Shown: piece after piece, positions 26,048-38,354 of the stretch | Position numbering within the stretch: the first letter of the stretch is position 1 | Layout: each line of letters opens with the position of its first letter | Origin: Felis catus | Lineage: Eukaryota | Direction: 5' to 3' | Assembly (NCBI RefSeq): GCF_018350175.1 | Contig: NC_058368.1 | Span: forward strand, 180,670,001 to 180,734,000 | DNA length: 64,000 nt | The notes under the pieces: generated by a model | Database searches by the model: none | Told to the model about the DNA's origin: nothing | Seen by the model: the letters and a program-made list of their open reading frames with translations, nothing else | Position numbers and translations under genes: made by a program

Positions 26048-26092
<45 letters not shown>
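26048..26092. repeat. (TG)n microsatellite
   Basis: About 22 perfect TG units. Confidence 0.95.
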
Positions 26093-26094
<2 letters not shown>

Positions 26095-26964
26095 GAGGGT
26101 AGGAGAATCCAATATAAGCAAAAGCTGTAATGATGAGTACTTTTCATTGCATTTTCTCAGCATTTCTACAGTTTTGGAGAGAAAAAGCAATCACATGGTG
26201 CTGTTGAAATATAAAAGGAGCCCACACTTTCAGTCCCCCTTTTGCAACACCGGATTAAATAGTACTGTTGTGATATTATCAGTTTTCCTTTCTGTCAGCC
26301 TGGTTTAAGTTTTCTTGAGGAACAATGGCAGGTGCTGAGAGGACGCCCAGGAAATGGGGTTTTTACATAGGCAGAGGGTGGCCTCTAGTAAATCTGCACC
26401 GCACTTTGAGTATACCACTCTGTTGTCCCCTGAGATGAAACTCATTTCTGAAAGCAGCTGCTTCTTTCCAAAACACATCAAAAGACTTCCCTGAGTCAAA
26501 GGTATATTTAGTGTGATCGCTGGTTGACACCCGTCTAACATTTTTCCTTCTGTTTCATATCGCAGGGGCTTTCGGCGCTCCTGGCTGCTCTTGACAGAGA
26601 ACGTTCTGATAATAGGTATGTGTGGGAAAACCTCTGAACCAAATAAAACACTATTCTTTTCCCTGCATTTCAGGCCAATTACTATCATTGCTCTATCAAG
26701 ATGTCTGCCCAATTATTAGGCCGATTACCTTTGACTTTCTGTTTGAGCTACAGTCCAGACAAGAGAAATCCTCTGGGGAGAACTGCTATTCTCATCTCTG
26801 ACAGGGGAATGAGGGTAATGGCCTGGGGGAAGGGCATCTCACTACCACAACGTCTGTGTCTATATGGATAAAGGAGAGGGAAGGCAGAAGCCATTACTAG
26901 ATAATCTGGCCCCCAGAAAATTTGCTGTGCAGTGGGAAAGGGACTTATGTGGCTGGAATCCAAA

Positions 26965-27215
26965 GCAATCCAGTGGTTAAGAGCACAGGCTCTGGAATGT
27001 TTGGATGCTGACTCCACCCTGGATTAGGGTGTATGACCTTGGGCAAGTTGTTTAACTTTTCTCAGTGGTGGCTTCTCCACTAGAAGATAGAATACTGGAG
27101 GTACCTATCTCACATGACTACTCTATGGGTTGACTGGCCTAGTACTCCCAGAGGGCCTGATCCAGAGGTGAGCGCATTGTCAGCATTCCATAAATGTGTA
27201 CTTGTTTTCGTTATT
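26965..27215 (+). mobile_element. MIR relic
   Basis: cagtggttaagagcacaggctctgga...tgaccttgggcaagttgtttaac. Confidence 0.7.
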
Positions 27216-27344
27216 AGCCATTTCACTGAGTCCTTGTAGACACCAACTAAGCCAGCTGCTGTTTATGGCACGTGGTTTTATGTTTGTACTAAACCTTTTG
27301 AGTATAAATATAAGGTGACAAAAATATGTAATTTCTCATGTTCT

Positions 27345-27529
27345 CTCTTTTTTCTTCTGCGAGAGAGTGAGTGGGGAGAGGCAGAGAGAGACAGAGAGTG
27401 AGAGAGAATTGCAAGCAGGCTCCACACTGTCAGCTCAGAGCCCGATGCGGGGTTCAGACTCACGAACCATGAGATCATGAACCTGAGCCAAAGTTGGATG
27501 TTCAACCAACTGAGCCACCCAGGCATCCC
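27345..27529 (-). mobile_element. Can-SINE
   Basis: Reverse-complement SINEC ending gagccacccaggcatccc. Confidence 0.9.
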
Positions 27530-27560
27530 TCTCATTATGTTCTTAAACTTAAGATTGCTT

Positions 27561-27778
27561 AAAAAAAATTAATGTTTATTTATTTTTTGAGAGAGAGACA
27601 CACAAAACTAGCAGTGGGCGTGGGGGTGCAGAGAGAGAGGGAGACACAGAATCTGGAGCAGGCTCCAGGCTCTGAGCTGTCAGCACAGAGCCCGACACAG
27701 GGCTTGAACTCACAAACCATGAGATCATGATCCGAGCCGAAGGTGGACGCTCAACCGACTGAGCCACCCGGGTGCCCC
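27561..27778 (-). mobile_element. Can-SINE, tandem with the preceding copy
   Basis: Reverse-complement SINEC ending gagccacccgggtgcccc. TSD aagattgctt / aagatttctt. Confidence 0.94.
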
Positions 27779-27961
27779 AAGATTTCTTTTAATCTCAACA
27801 ACTCAAACTACTTTTTTCCTCTCGTGAGCTGGTTTTTATCAAACTTTTTGCTTCTCTCTATCCCCCATTGGTATGTAATCTGATGCTGGAAATTTTCTGT
27901 CACTGAGGAAGACGTTTTCCAGTGGCTTCCATGATACAAAGTTTATAACATTAGTTTAGAG

Positions 27962-28174
27962 CAGGGGTTGGCAAACATTTTCTGTAAAGGGACAGAAAGT
28001 AAATATTTAGGTTTTGTTGGCCAAACTGTCTCTGTTGCAACTACTCAACTCTGTTGTTTTAGCTGCCAGAGACAGTATGTCAACAGATGAACATGGCTAT
28101 GCTCCAGAAAAACTTTATTTATAAAAGCAGGCAGTGGGCCAGACAGTCCATGGGCTACAGTGTGTCAACCCCTG
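27962..28174 (+). mobile_element. MER58A-like hAT-Charlie MITE
   Basis: Terminal inverted repeats caggggttggcaaac / gtgtgtcaacccctg. Diverged 8-bp TSD gtttagag / ctttagac. Confidence 0.85.
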
Positions 28175-29667
28175 CTTTAGACCATTTGGCTAGTCCTGAT
28201 AGGACCAATTTTTTCCTTAGCAGAGGGAATAAGGTTTAGCTGTGATGCTATGGTCAATACCAAATCCTGATTTTATACAATTTGGAAGTTGTGGCTATGG
28301 ATAACAAACTGCCACCTGCATTCTAGGTTGGCTTACATAGATCTTTCAAGAATCAAGGAACCCCTCAGAGAAATCCATGTGGCCAATAGAGAAGTTCTGA
28401 AAATGCAGTCACTAGAAAAAAACAGCTGTACAAGATGGGCTCCTAGAAAACCATCAGCTCTCATTCAGTGACTACTAGCTCCATTGTAGACACGGTCCAT
28501 ATGTAAAGTCACATCATCCTTCCCTTCAATGACACAGTTATTACATTTTCACAAATGAAACTGAGGCTCTGGGAGGTAAGTGACTTTCCCAGTTAGGAGG
28601 TAGGAAAGAAAAGCTGGGATTTAATCCTCCATTACCAGGTCTTTCCTCATGACACTACCTTATCGAGGCTTCTCCAGTGAACCTCAGCATGCCCAACTAA
28701 ACACGTTGGAGACAACATGCAGAAAGGCCCAGAAGGCCATGCCATTTCTACCATGTCTACATCCTGGGACCTGGAGAGACTCAGTTTTCTGAGCCTCAGT
28801 GTATTCCTCTGTGAAATGCGTCTAACACTGCCCCAATTCACAAAATTCACAAATGTTCTACCTAGGATCCGTTATCTTCATCAGGATAAAAACCTGATGA
28901 CAAAATAGATATAATGAAAATATCTGTTCTTATTTAATTGTTAAAATCCTTCAGGTTTGCTTTAGAAAACTTTGTAAAATCTTCTCAAACTAATGGCCCT
29001 TTCAGGGGTTTATAAGCACATATAAGAAGAAATTTTGAATAAAACCATAGCTTCTCCTGTGAAAGCTAATAAAAAAAAAAAAACAGGGCTAAAACATGCC
29101 AAAAGTGACAAGTGCTTAATTAAAGCATTTTGAGATTTACCTACGTGGGAACAAAGATATGATTTTTTTCCTTATGTCTATATCCTTTTCTTGATTTATT
29201 TTTATGGCTTTTTAAAACTTTTTATTTTGGGCTTTCCTGGATTTTTAAGAGAAATTCTGAGCTGACGTGAATGGTCTGTATCTATTGGCTCCAGTGCATG
29301 TTTAGAGATTTATAGACTTTATGTTATTTGATTCTCACAAGAGCCCTATGGCATGGGTCCTAGTTCTATCTTACCATAAGGAAACTGAAGCTTGGAAAAG
29401 TCTAACAATTTGTGTAGGTTGTGTGGCCAGGACTTGAGCCAGTCTGTCTGATTCAAGCTATTTACCACAACTGGATCCTGTAGTCAGTCTTCCCATTTTA
29501 ATCAGGGCTAGTTTTAGGTGAAAGATACTATGAAGTCTAACTAAGGGATTCTGGTTTGGTTTCTCATACAGTAGAAACTACATTGGAAGATGTGCCTTCT
29601 ACAGAGAAACCCAGAACATTTCCGTTCTTCACCTTGTGGCATATCACCTCAGAGACCCCACACCTAC

Positions 29668-29863
29668 CTAAGACAACAGTGTTGAAGGAAACCATCTCTT
29701 TGTCTTTGCCATCATTGTAGAAGGCCAAGTGCCACAGGCCCACATCCAGGTACTGTACAAACACGGCTTCATTTTGAACGAGGGTCTGTATGCTCCGGCG
29801 TTCCCTGGGTGACTCAACCACACTCCACTTCTCCTTCCCATCCAGACGTTCCATGAAGTCATA
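29668..29863 (-). CDS. TENM2: Teneurin-2 internal coding exon, 196 nt (phase 0-1): [65 protein letters not shown]
   Basis: ORF 29564..29854 translation. Acceptor gtctcttcttaccctag|TAT, donor TAG|gtaggt. 65 codons plus 1 nt, in frame with both neighbouring exons. Confidence 0.96.
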
Positions 29864-30139
29864 CTAGGGTAAGAAGAGACAGTGCCATGTGTGAAAGAGG
29901 TTAAAGATCTGGTCTCATGACTAGTACCTTCCCCTCCCAGCCCATTAGTTAACTGAGGAATGTTTGAGCACATTTTACTATGAGCTCATCCAGTAAAAGA
30001 AGAGTCACAGAAGTTGTAATAATAAGCCACCATTTATTATGCTTATAATCATTGCTAATAATTTTATTTCTATAAGGCTACAATCCCTTTTCTGCAGTTT
30101 GAAATCCAAAAAGCTTTAAAGCCCAAACTTTGATCATTC

Positions 30140-30141
<2 letters not shown>

Positions 30142-30202
<61 letters not shown>
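30142..30202. repeat. Compound (TG)n(GA)n microsatellite
   Basis: About 18 TG units directly followed by about 13 GA units. Confidence 0.95.
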
Positions 30203-30410
30203 ATTGGTCCAATCACTACTAGGTTATATAATATCTAGTATGTGCCAAGTATAACTTTTTTATAATTCTCCAAATTCTGGATTCCAAAAATCATTTGGCT
30301 CCCCAAGAATTTCAGATAAGGAAGTATAGACCTATGTTACCGGCTACAATTTACTGATCATTTACCAAGGGAAGGTGGAATAGAAGATTAGTTAAGAATG
30401 AGGGTTGTGT

Positions 30411-30476
30411 TCACTATATTGTATACCTGAAACTAATGTAACATTGTATGGAAAATATATTTTAATTAAAAAAAAA
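30411..30476 (+). mobile_element. Extremely 5'-truncated carnivore L1 3' end (66 bp) inserted in a MIR
   Basis: cactatattgtatacctgaaactaatgtaacattgtatg plus A tail. 17-bp TSD aagaatga(g/t)ggttgtgt at 30394-30410 and 30477-30493. Confidence 0.88.
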
Positions 30477-30493
30477 AAGAATGATGGTTGTGT

Positions 30494-30860
30494 AGCCAGA
30501 CTATCTGTGTAGCCAGAATCAGGCATTAGCTTCACCCATCTGTGCCTCAGTTTCCCTATTTACAAAATTGAAAATAATAGTACCTATGTTATATGTTGTT
30601 GTGAAGAATAATATTTAGAACAGTGCCTGGAGGAGAGCAAACACAAAATACATGTTAGCTAGCCAGCTATCATCATCATCATCATCACTGTCATCATTTC
30701 ATTCAATTCTTGCAAAAATCCTAAAGATAAGTACTATTTGTATCTTATTTTACAGATAAGAAAACTGAGGCTCAGAGAAATCAAACAACTTGTCAAAATC
30801 ACACAGCCACTAAGTGACTGAGTAAAAATTTAGACTTAGATCTCTCAGATAAACCAGCAA
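30494..30860. mobile_element. Two opposed MIR relics
   Basis: tctgtgcctcagtttccctatttacaaaattg (plus strand), then ttttacagataagaaaactgaggctcagaga (minus strand). Confidence 0.7.
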
Positions 30861-32749
30861 TTAAATATTATACTGTTTCAGTGGAAACTGGGCTCATAAC
30901 TAGAAGGGATCAATGAGAGATAAAGTAGTCAGTGAAGGCTACCAAGATGAGGGGAATGGGGAGCAAATGTAACCCAAGAAAGCCCCGTCCTAGAGAATGG
31001 TAAAATACTCTGGTGGGCAAGTTGGAGCCACTGATGATACCTGAGCAGTGACTGATGCAATGGAAGGAATATTTTGAGGAATTCATTTGCAGGCAGGATA
31101 CGAAATGTTCTAGAGGGGAGGATGAAAAGAACCAGGTCAGTTGGGAAATTGCAGAAATCCAAATATGACGTGACAAGGGTCTTGATTAGGACGGTCAATG
31201 AGAAGAAGAGACAACTTTGGAGGAAAGTTTTTAAGAAAGAAGGGACACTGTTCGACCATGGGCTGGACAGAGAGGATGAAGGAAAAGGAAGAGAGGACAC
31301 TAATGCCTCTTACTTGACAAGAAAATCGATAAGACCCCTGTAGAAATGGTCTAATCTTGTGAACTCTTCAAAATCACAGCACAGAAAAGTCAGTTGCTCT
31401 GTGACTTCCAGAGAACATTCAAAAGTGTAGGTCCCTAGCAGATAAAAACCACCACTGTGGGATTAAGCTTTCTCTCACCACTTCCCCTCCATAAAAAGGA
31501 TTTTATAGGTTACAGACATTTACTATAACCTCTTTCATGAAGTTCATAGAATTAAACTTCAGGAATCTATTAATGTGACTTCCCCATCATTAGGATTGCC
31601 AGTTTTTCCCAACTGAAACATTATCATTGAAAACAAAAGAGTCTGTAATTCTAAGCACAAAGACTTTACCATCGGACAAACCTGGGTTTGAATTCTGACT
31701 GCCTTTTGCTATTGTTTAAAGTTGATCAATCTGCTTTTAGACTCTTCCTGGTTTGCACATTAGGGAATAATAATACTCAACTTTCGGGCATGTTTTAAGG
31801 ATGACATGACATAATGCTTAGGGCAGCATCTTGAAGGAGTAACAATTTTACTAAGTACCTCATGACTATGAGAAACTTAATGGCAAATTAGAATGATCAG
31901 AGAAGTACTTGGTTCCAGTTTTTCCATCTGGGGGCTGGAGATGGTCATTGCTTAGGAAGTGAAAATTTCCCCATCTCTGAGAAAACAAGTATTTGTATTT
32001 AGCTTTTCTCTACCCCATATCCCATTGGTCACACCTGTCTTTATGGGATAAAATAAATGATTTGAGGTGATACAACAAACCAATGCTTCTTTCAGAGACC
32101 TCTGTAACCAAAGCATTTGTTCCTTAGCAACCTCGTAAATGTCCAACTACCCAGACCCATGTCTACAAATTGCTGTCAGCCAGAGTAATGAGTGTAACTT
32201 CCTTGGTGCTGAGGTGAGAAGAATATACTTCATTTGGGGCCCACGATATCACCCCCATGAGGAAAAGTTTGGGGAAGGTGATTACTTGTGTGGGGGGCCA
32301 TTGCTCACGATTAATTTGGACATTAGTCATCTCTTGCTGAACTGGCTGGCTGGCCGGCCAAGAGCACTGAAATGGGTTAGGACCAGCAGCAGTTCTAGCT
32401 GTCCAACCAATCAGATTACTCTGGGAAAAGGTATGTGTCAGAGGAGAGAGAAGGCATCTATTTGGCTGGCTCCTCTGAGTCACTCCAAAGAAGCATGGAG
32501 GGCAGTTTTCATTTAAGGAAGAATCTGCAAGCCAGGGGCTGTCAAACAGGGCAGTGGGACATGTGGATGTGATACAATACAATGCCTGATGTGCTTCAGT
32601 CCTGTACCCTCTATTGTGCTTTGCTTTTTTCAAATCACTCCTCACACTCTACAATCATACAGCTTATTTTTATGTTTATTGTCAGTCTACTCAGGAGAAT
32701 GTAAGCCCCAGGAAGGTGGGAGGGGGAGGGGTTTGCCTGTCTGCTGGAG

Positions 32750-33000
32750 AGGTTAAGAGGACGTCTGAGCTAGACTACCTAGGGTTAGAATCCTAGCACT
32801 GCCACTTACTTGCCATGACACTCACACAAGCTATTTAAATTCTCTGTGCCTCAGTCTCCTTATCTTTAAAATGGGGACAATAATTGTGTCTATATCAGAA
32901 CATCGTTGTAAGGATTGAGTGAACCAATTCATGTCAAGCGCTTAGAACAGTACTTTGTGCATGGTACACATGCCCCAAGGCTTCAGTTATCATTATCATA
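32750..33000 (+). mobile_element. MIR relic (near full length)
   Basis: gactacctagggttagaatcctagcactgccacttact...tctctgtgcctcagtctccttatctttaaaatgggg...gcttagaacagt. Confidence 0.8.
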
Positions 33001-33254
33001 GTTCACTGCTCCATCTCACTGATCTCAAGCAGAGTCTGATGAGTAAATATTAAATACCAAATTAATAAAATACTAAATTTGTAAATGAATTCCACTGAAA
33101 AGCAACAAAATTGGAATGTATTCAAGGTTTTGTCTCTAATAATAATCACTTGCACTCCCTAATGCACTGTATTGAAAGAAAGAGGACAGGATAGAGTTAC
33201 AGACAGCACGGCTGAGTTGTGGACCACCTGGCCATGCAGGACATGCATGCAATG

Positions 33255-33820
33255 GGATGTTGTGGTGGTTGCACATTCCCATAGATCAAGATTTGAGAGT
33301 TGACTGTAGGAGGCCATGATGACATCCCGTTCCCAAATGTCAGCGGGGTGTTGTACAATGCCTGCTTTCCTTCTCAGGACTTCCCTTGTTCCTTCTCTTG
33401 TCTTCCCTTCCCACTTTGACACTGTTTCTAAGTGCCCACCGTGGTAGTGATTGCTGATCATTGTCTACATCAGGGCTCTCACTCTTTTTCAGTCTTCTTG
33501 CTGCCTGGTGGGGAGCACATGGTGGTTTTCCAGTCAATGGAATATAAGCTGTGGGATGAGCTCCACTTCCAGACCCTGCCATAAAACATCCTGTGCAACC
33601 TCCTACTTGCTCTCTCTTCACCCCTATCTGCCTCTGGAGGGTGCCAGAGCACCTTTACAGCCCAGGATGGTGGAGCTACATGCCAGGAATGGCCTGGATC
33701 TGAGCATGAGCCCTTGGAGGAAGGCTGAAGTCACGACATGAGCAAGCAATAAACACTTATTACACCAAGCCAATGAGTTGTTGAGGCTTCATTGTTACTT
33801 CAGCAGAACCTATCTTGACG
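33255..33820 (+). mobile_element. MaLR (MLT1-type) LTR relic; 5' boundary uncertain
   Basis: 3' end aataaacacttattacaccaagccaatgagttgttgagg...tgttacttcagcagaacctatcttgac resembles MLT1 termini. Confidence 0.55.
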
Positions 33821-33908
33821 TCATGCTTCTCTTTGTTCCCTGTTACTCCCCAAGGTCATGGTGGGTTCCCGCATATTTGCCATGGAGTTAAGCCCCAACC
33901 TATTTTGT

Positions 33909-34015
33909 GTGGGGTGTCTGTTTACCCCAGTTTGCCCAGGAGTGTCCTAATTGACACTTCTTGTTCCTCCTTTCACTACAGAAAGTGCTCCAGTCTGGAA
34001 TACATAGTTACCCTA
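33909..34015 (-). mobile_element. MER94-like hAT MITE relic
   Basis: cccagtttgcccaggagtgtcc...tttcactacagaaagtgctccagtctgga...atagttacccta. Confidence 0.5.
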
Positions 34016-36439
34016 CTCACAGGTGAACAAGCACTAAGCAGCATCACAGAGCACCATTTATCATTCCTGTAACTTTGGGAAGGTTGAAGGCTGGTAGCAC
34101 AAAGTGGATCAATGCAACCAAATGCAGAGACTGCCTTCTAGGGTGGGGAATGCAGGAGCTCAGTGAGAAGATGGTTTGCAGGGAGGCCATCTAGTCTAGG
34201 AGAGCCTCTGCTCTCTCGGATTCCTAGACTGCAGGCTGGCCAGCTTGCTTGGCAGCCTGGCTGACACTAGAAGGAGGCCATTTTCCAAAGGCACAGGCCC
34301 TGGCCAGAGTTTCTTTTTCATGACCCAGCACTGGGGATTGATAACTTAGGCTTGGTACCAGGGACATCTGTCTCCTCTGTTCCAAGACCTCATCATGATC
34401 AGTCCTGGATATAGGGATGCTCAGGAGATCATTCTGTGCTTGGTTGACTAAGAGGTTGCTTTATAGCACATTCTATCTAATAGATTTGCAGAAGCCCTGG
34501 AAGAGATTAGGAGGCACATGACCAAATCCCGGTAGGGGGTGCACGTGTGCATGGGCTTGCTGTGGGAGGAAGCCTGTCTCCCAAGGCAGCTTGTCTCTCT
34601 CGACTTGGCAATAAAGCCACCCAGAGGGTGATAGCACAACAGCCCAAATAAACACCCCCACCACCCCCAAGTTCTCTATTTTTCCTTGGCCTTTGAAAAA
34701 TAACCTATGTCGGCATTCAACGTGAGGGCTATGCCTTTGAGTCATCAGTCATACCAAAAGTGGCATGAAAATGCAACTTTTACGAGCGCTGGAGAGGCAA
34801 AAAAATAAACCACAGCAAATATTTGACTGATCCAATTATAAATCTCCCCTACTTCTTGGCAGAGACCAAGGAGGAATGGTAATTAAGATAACTTAGTGAG
34901 TTTGCAGGAGGAGCTGCAGGAGAGAGAAAAGGAGGCAGGACCATCGAGCAGGGCCTGTCACTCTCCCAGAAGGGAGAGCATCCATAGGCAGGGAGTGCCG
35001 CCAAGAGATGCTTCTGGAAGCCACACCGATACGCACCTGCCAAGGAGGGCAAGGTTAAAGACAGACTCATTGCCCTTCAGGAAGATGTTATTACTGGGTC
35101 CAGGACCCTGAGTAGGGGGAAAATAACTTCATTGCCATTTGGAATGTCTGCTTGCTGAGGGTCGATGTGGACGGGAAAAGCAATAAATGTTGACATTTCC
35201 CACGGACGGCCTCCCTTGCTCCGTGCTGGCAGCGTCCCTGGCCTCTCAACGTCTGATGTTGATTCTACCTCAGATGGCAGGGCACGCTCAGCAGTTGGTA
35301 GGATGGCAGGGAAGCAGCGTGTGTGAGTGAGGGCTGCTTGAAGCCACATTACCACAGGGTCTCTGGTCGCATCCAGGGACGAGTGGTAGCAGTGGGTCAC
35401 TCACAAGGGCCTGTTCATCTCCTGCCTCCAGCCAGGTCTGTGGCAAAGTGTGACTGGCTGACTCCTCATTCAAGCCCAGCACAAGTTCCTTTCTCTCCTT
35501 CAAAGAGGCTGAGTGCTGAGGGGACTGTGGAAGGATGACAGCAGCAGGGCCCTGCTCCAGTGGGGGCTGGCTTCCCTTTGTGTGGCCCTGCCCGTCTTGG
35601 TTAGGATGCCATTGCACTTCCCACTTCCAGTGTCCAAGTCACTGAACCAGATGCTGCTAGGCCCAGATGTATGCACTGCTGGGGCCGCTCGTCCACCCTC
35701 TATGAGAAAGAGCCCCTAGATTCTGCAGGGACACAGCACCTGGGTTTGCTGACCATAACAATGCTCTGTGCAATACTCCACAGGTAAGGATCAAGCAGAC
35801 TAAAGATAGAGAGGATCTAGCACAGAGTACGGGAGGGCGCACCTACGTGGGTGGAATCCCTGATTCTTCTATCACATGTCTTCCTGCAGCAGTGGGAAAA
35901 GTAACCATCAAAAATAAGATCTATCATCTGGGCACTCGCTATGTGCCAGGCATGATGGCAAGTGCTGACATATGTTATCTCATCTCATCCTCCCAGAAAC
36001 CTTATTTGTTCCCCACTTCTCAGGAGAGAGTAATGGCTGTGACAGGAGTAAAGTAACATACCCAGTGCCACTGACAGTACCTGGTGGCCAAGCACAGACC
36101 TGAACTTGGATTTGCATGGGTCTTAACAACTACGGGAGGTCACTTCAAGTTTTCCAAGAACTTGGCCTCCAGCATATCTGGTCGCAGGCCTGCTGTGTAA
36201 GTCTGCTAAAGATGCTGCTGATCAGAGAAGGGACTGGAAGGCAGAGCCCAGCAGTGCTAGGGCCAGACTTGCAAGCAGGTTGAGGACAGGGGATGCCCCA
36301 CTGGAGTAGATGATAAAGGGAGATAAAGGGTGTCAGGAAAGGTGGGGATGGCTTTGCTGGGTGTTGGCCATCCCTGGTCTATAACCTCCCTTTGCCTACC
36401 TCCCAACTTCTTTGTCCCTGTAGTCCAGCCATACTGTTC

Positions 36440-36830
36440 TCTGTGTCTGGAACATGCCAAACTCATCCCAGACTCAGGGCGCTTGGCAGGAGCTGTTCCC
36501 TCTGCCTGGCCTACTCTTCCTCCTGATCTCACACCTGCCTGCTTGTCAGCCCTCTGCCTCAGCACGGCAACTTCAGCTCGGGTGCCCCCAACCCCCAACC
36601 CAAATGCCTCTACCACCACTTCTTTCTATCCTCAGCAAAGACGCATCTCTCTGAAAAACCACAACTCATTATCTTTTAATTTATAGTCCATCTCGTTCTT
36701 CTTGGATACAAGCCTCTGAAGAGTGGGAGACTTGTCTGTTTGACTCACCAGAGCATCCCCAGTGCCTAGAGCAGTGCCTGGCACATGGTTGTTACTCGGT
36801 AAAGGTCTTGTGTGATTCAATGATAAACAT
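36440..36830 (+). mobile_element. L2 3' relic
   Basis: ctgttccctctgcctgg...catccccagtgcctagagcagtgcctggcacatggt. Confidence 0.7.
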
Positions 36831-38354
36831 TTAGTCTCAAAGGAAACGGTGTGGGAGTGAAGTCTATACCAATGCAGTGGAGTTTTGGTGATAGGACCAC
36901 TGAGAAGATGTAATGTCTGCAGGAAAGGTTTTAGGAAATTTTAGTCAACATTCTGTAGTTTTCTTGTATTTTTATTTGCTACCTGTTCAGATGACACCAT
37001 AAGGGAACATTTAATGAGGCCAGGCACTGTTCTAAGTGATTCAAATGTACTACCTTATTTGATGCTTACAGTAGCCCTACTGAATACGAATCATTACTCC
37101 TCACCTTGCACATGAGGAAACTGAGGCACAGGGAGGTTACTTAACTAGCTCAAGAGTTGGTAAGTGGTGGAGTTTATGTCTACACCCAGGCAGACTGCTC
37201 AGAGGGCATTCCCTTAACCCACTGCATTACAGGCTGCTCCATGAAGCAGACAGGCAGCCAGTACCTGGTGTTAGCCAGGCTTGCTCGGCTAGAGGGAGGT
37301 CAAAGTGTTATATTCTCTGGTTCCTGGGAAGGAGAAAGTCTGCAATGGGTCAAGGGCAGGAAGGTATGTGGTGACATAATGAGACTCCCAAAGAAGCCCA
37401 CAGAGCTTCTAGCAGGAGAAGTAGCAGTATAAACAGAAATATATTTGGCACAAACAATGCATTTCATTTTCTGAATCTCATTTCTTTGGCTCAGAGTATC
37501 TCTTCCCTCTCACGAGCAGCTATGTTAAGACAAATTGGGGTGCCTATGGTTTAGGGGGTACCAGCCCATGTGTAACGAGATGAAACAATTGTACTAATAT
37601 CATTGGGGGAAAACAGCCTTTTAACAAACTGCTTAGTGTAGAAAGTAAGAAACCAGGGAACATGGGTGTGGGTAGGACCTTCCTGAAAGGATGAAGGCAG
37701 AATCTGTTTGGTTACTGGAAAGAGAGGGAGCTACAGAGAGGTACAGGGAAAGGAGGGTAGAACAGCAAGTTGTGGGGGACCCCCTAGGCCACAACACAGC
37801 CCCTTCCTGACAGTCCCTCCTCACACTCCCAAATCCAAAGGAAAAAAAAACTAAGGGAAGATGTGACCAAATTTCTTACAGAAACCTGCAAAGAGAGAGA
37901 GCACCAGTCCTGGAAGTCAGAGGGCAGGAGAGTGAGGGTCGAGTGATACAAAAGGATTAAACCACCGGGACTCAGGAATCACAGTCAGGCTCATGGGGTG
38001 CAGACACACTTAGCCTGGATGTGGCTGGGCAGGGAGCCCTCTTAACATCTGGCTTTACCTGGAAGGCCTAAAGTTCCCTAGACTGGGGTTCAGAGAAGAG
38101 AAAGATTGGAAGCACAGCTCATAAGCGTGCCTTGCCCAGGCTTTATGTTACAAAGGGAAATGAATGCAAAAATATTGGTGCTTTCAACCAATGCTGAGCA
38201 CTGACTATGAGCCTAGCCCTGCTCTGGGTACTGGGGGTCCAGCAACAAGTCATGTGGACAAGACTCCTGCCCTCCAAGGGTAGGCACTGCTATGGGCAAA
38301 TAGAATGCCAGGGGGTGATGAGCTTTGACTAAAAAAAAGAAAGCAAATCAAAGA

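Noticed and set aside
29660..29667. Tandem donor GTAG|GT four nt downstream of the 196-nt exon
   Set aside because: A by-product of the GTAGGT consensus. The +4 site is weak and would frameshift.
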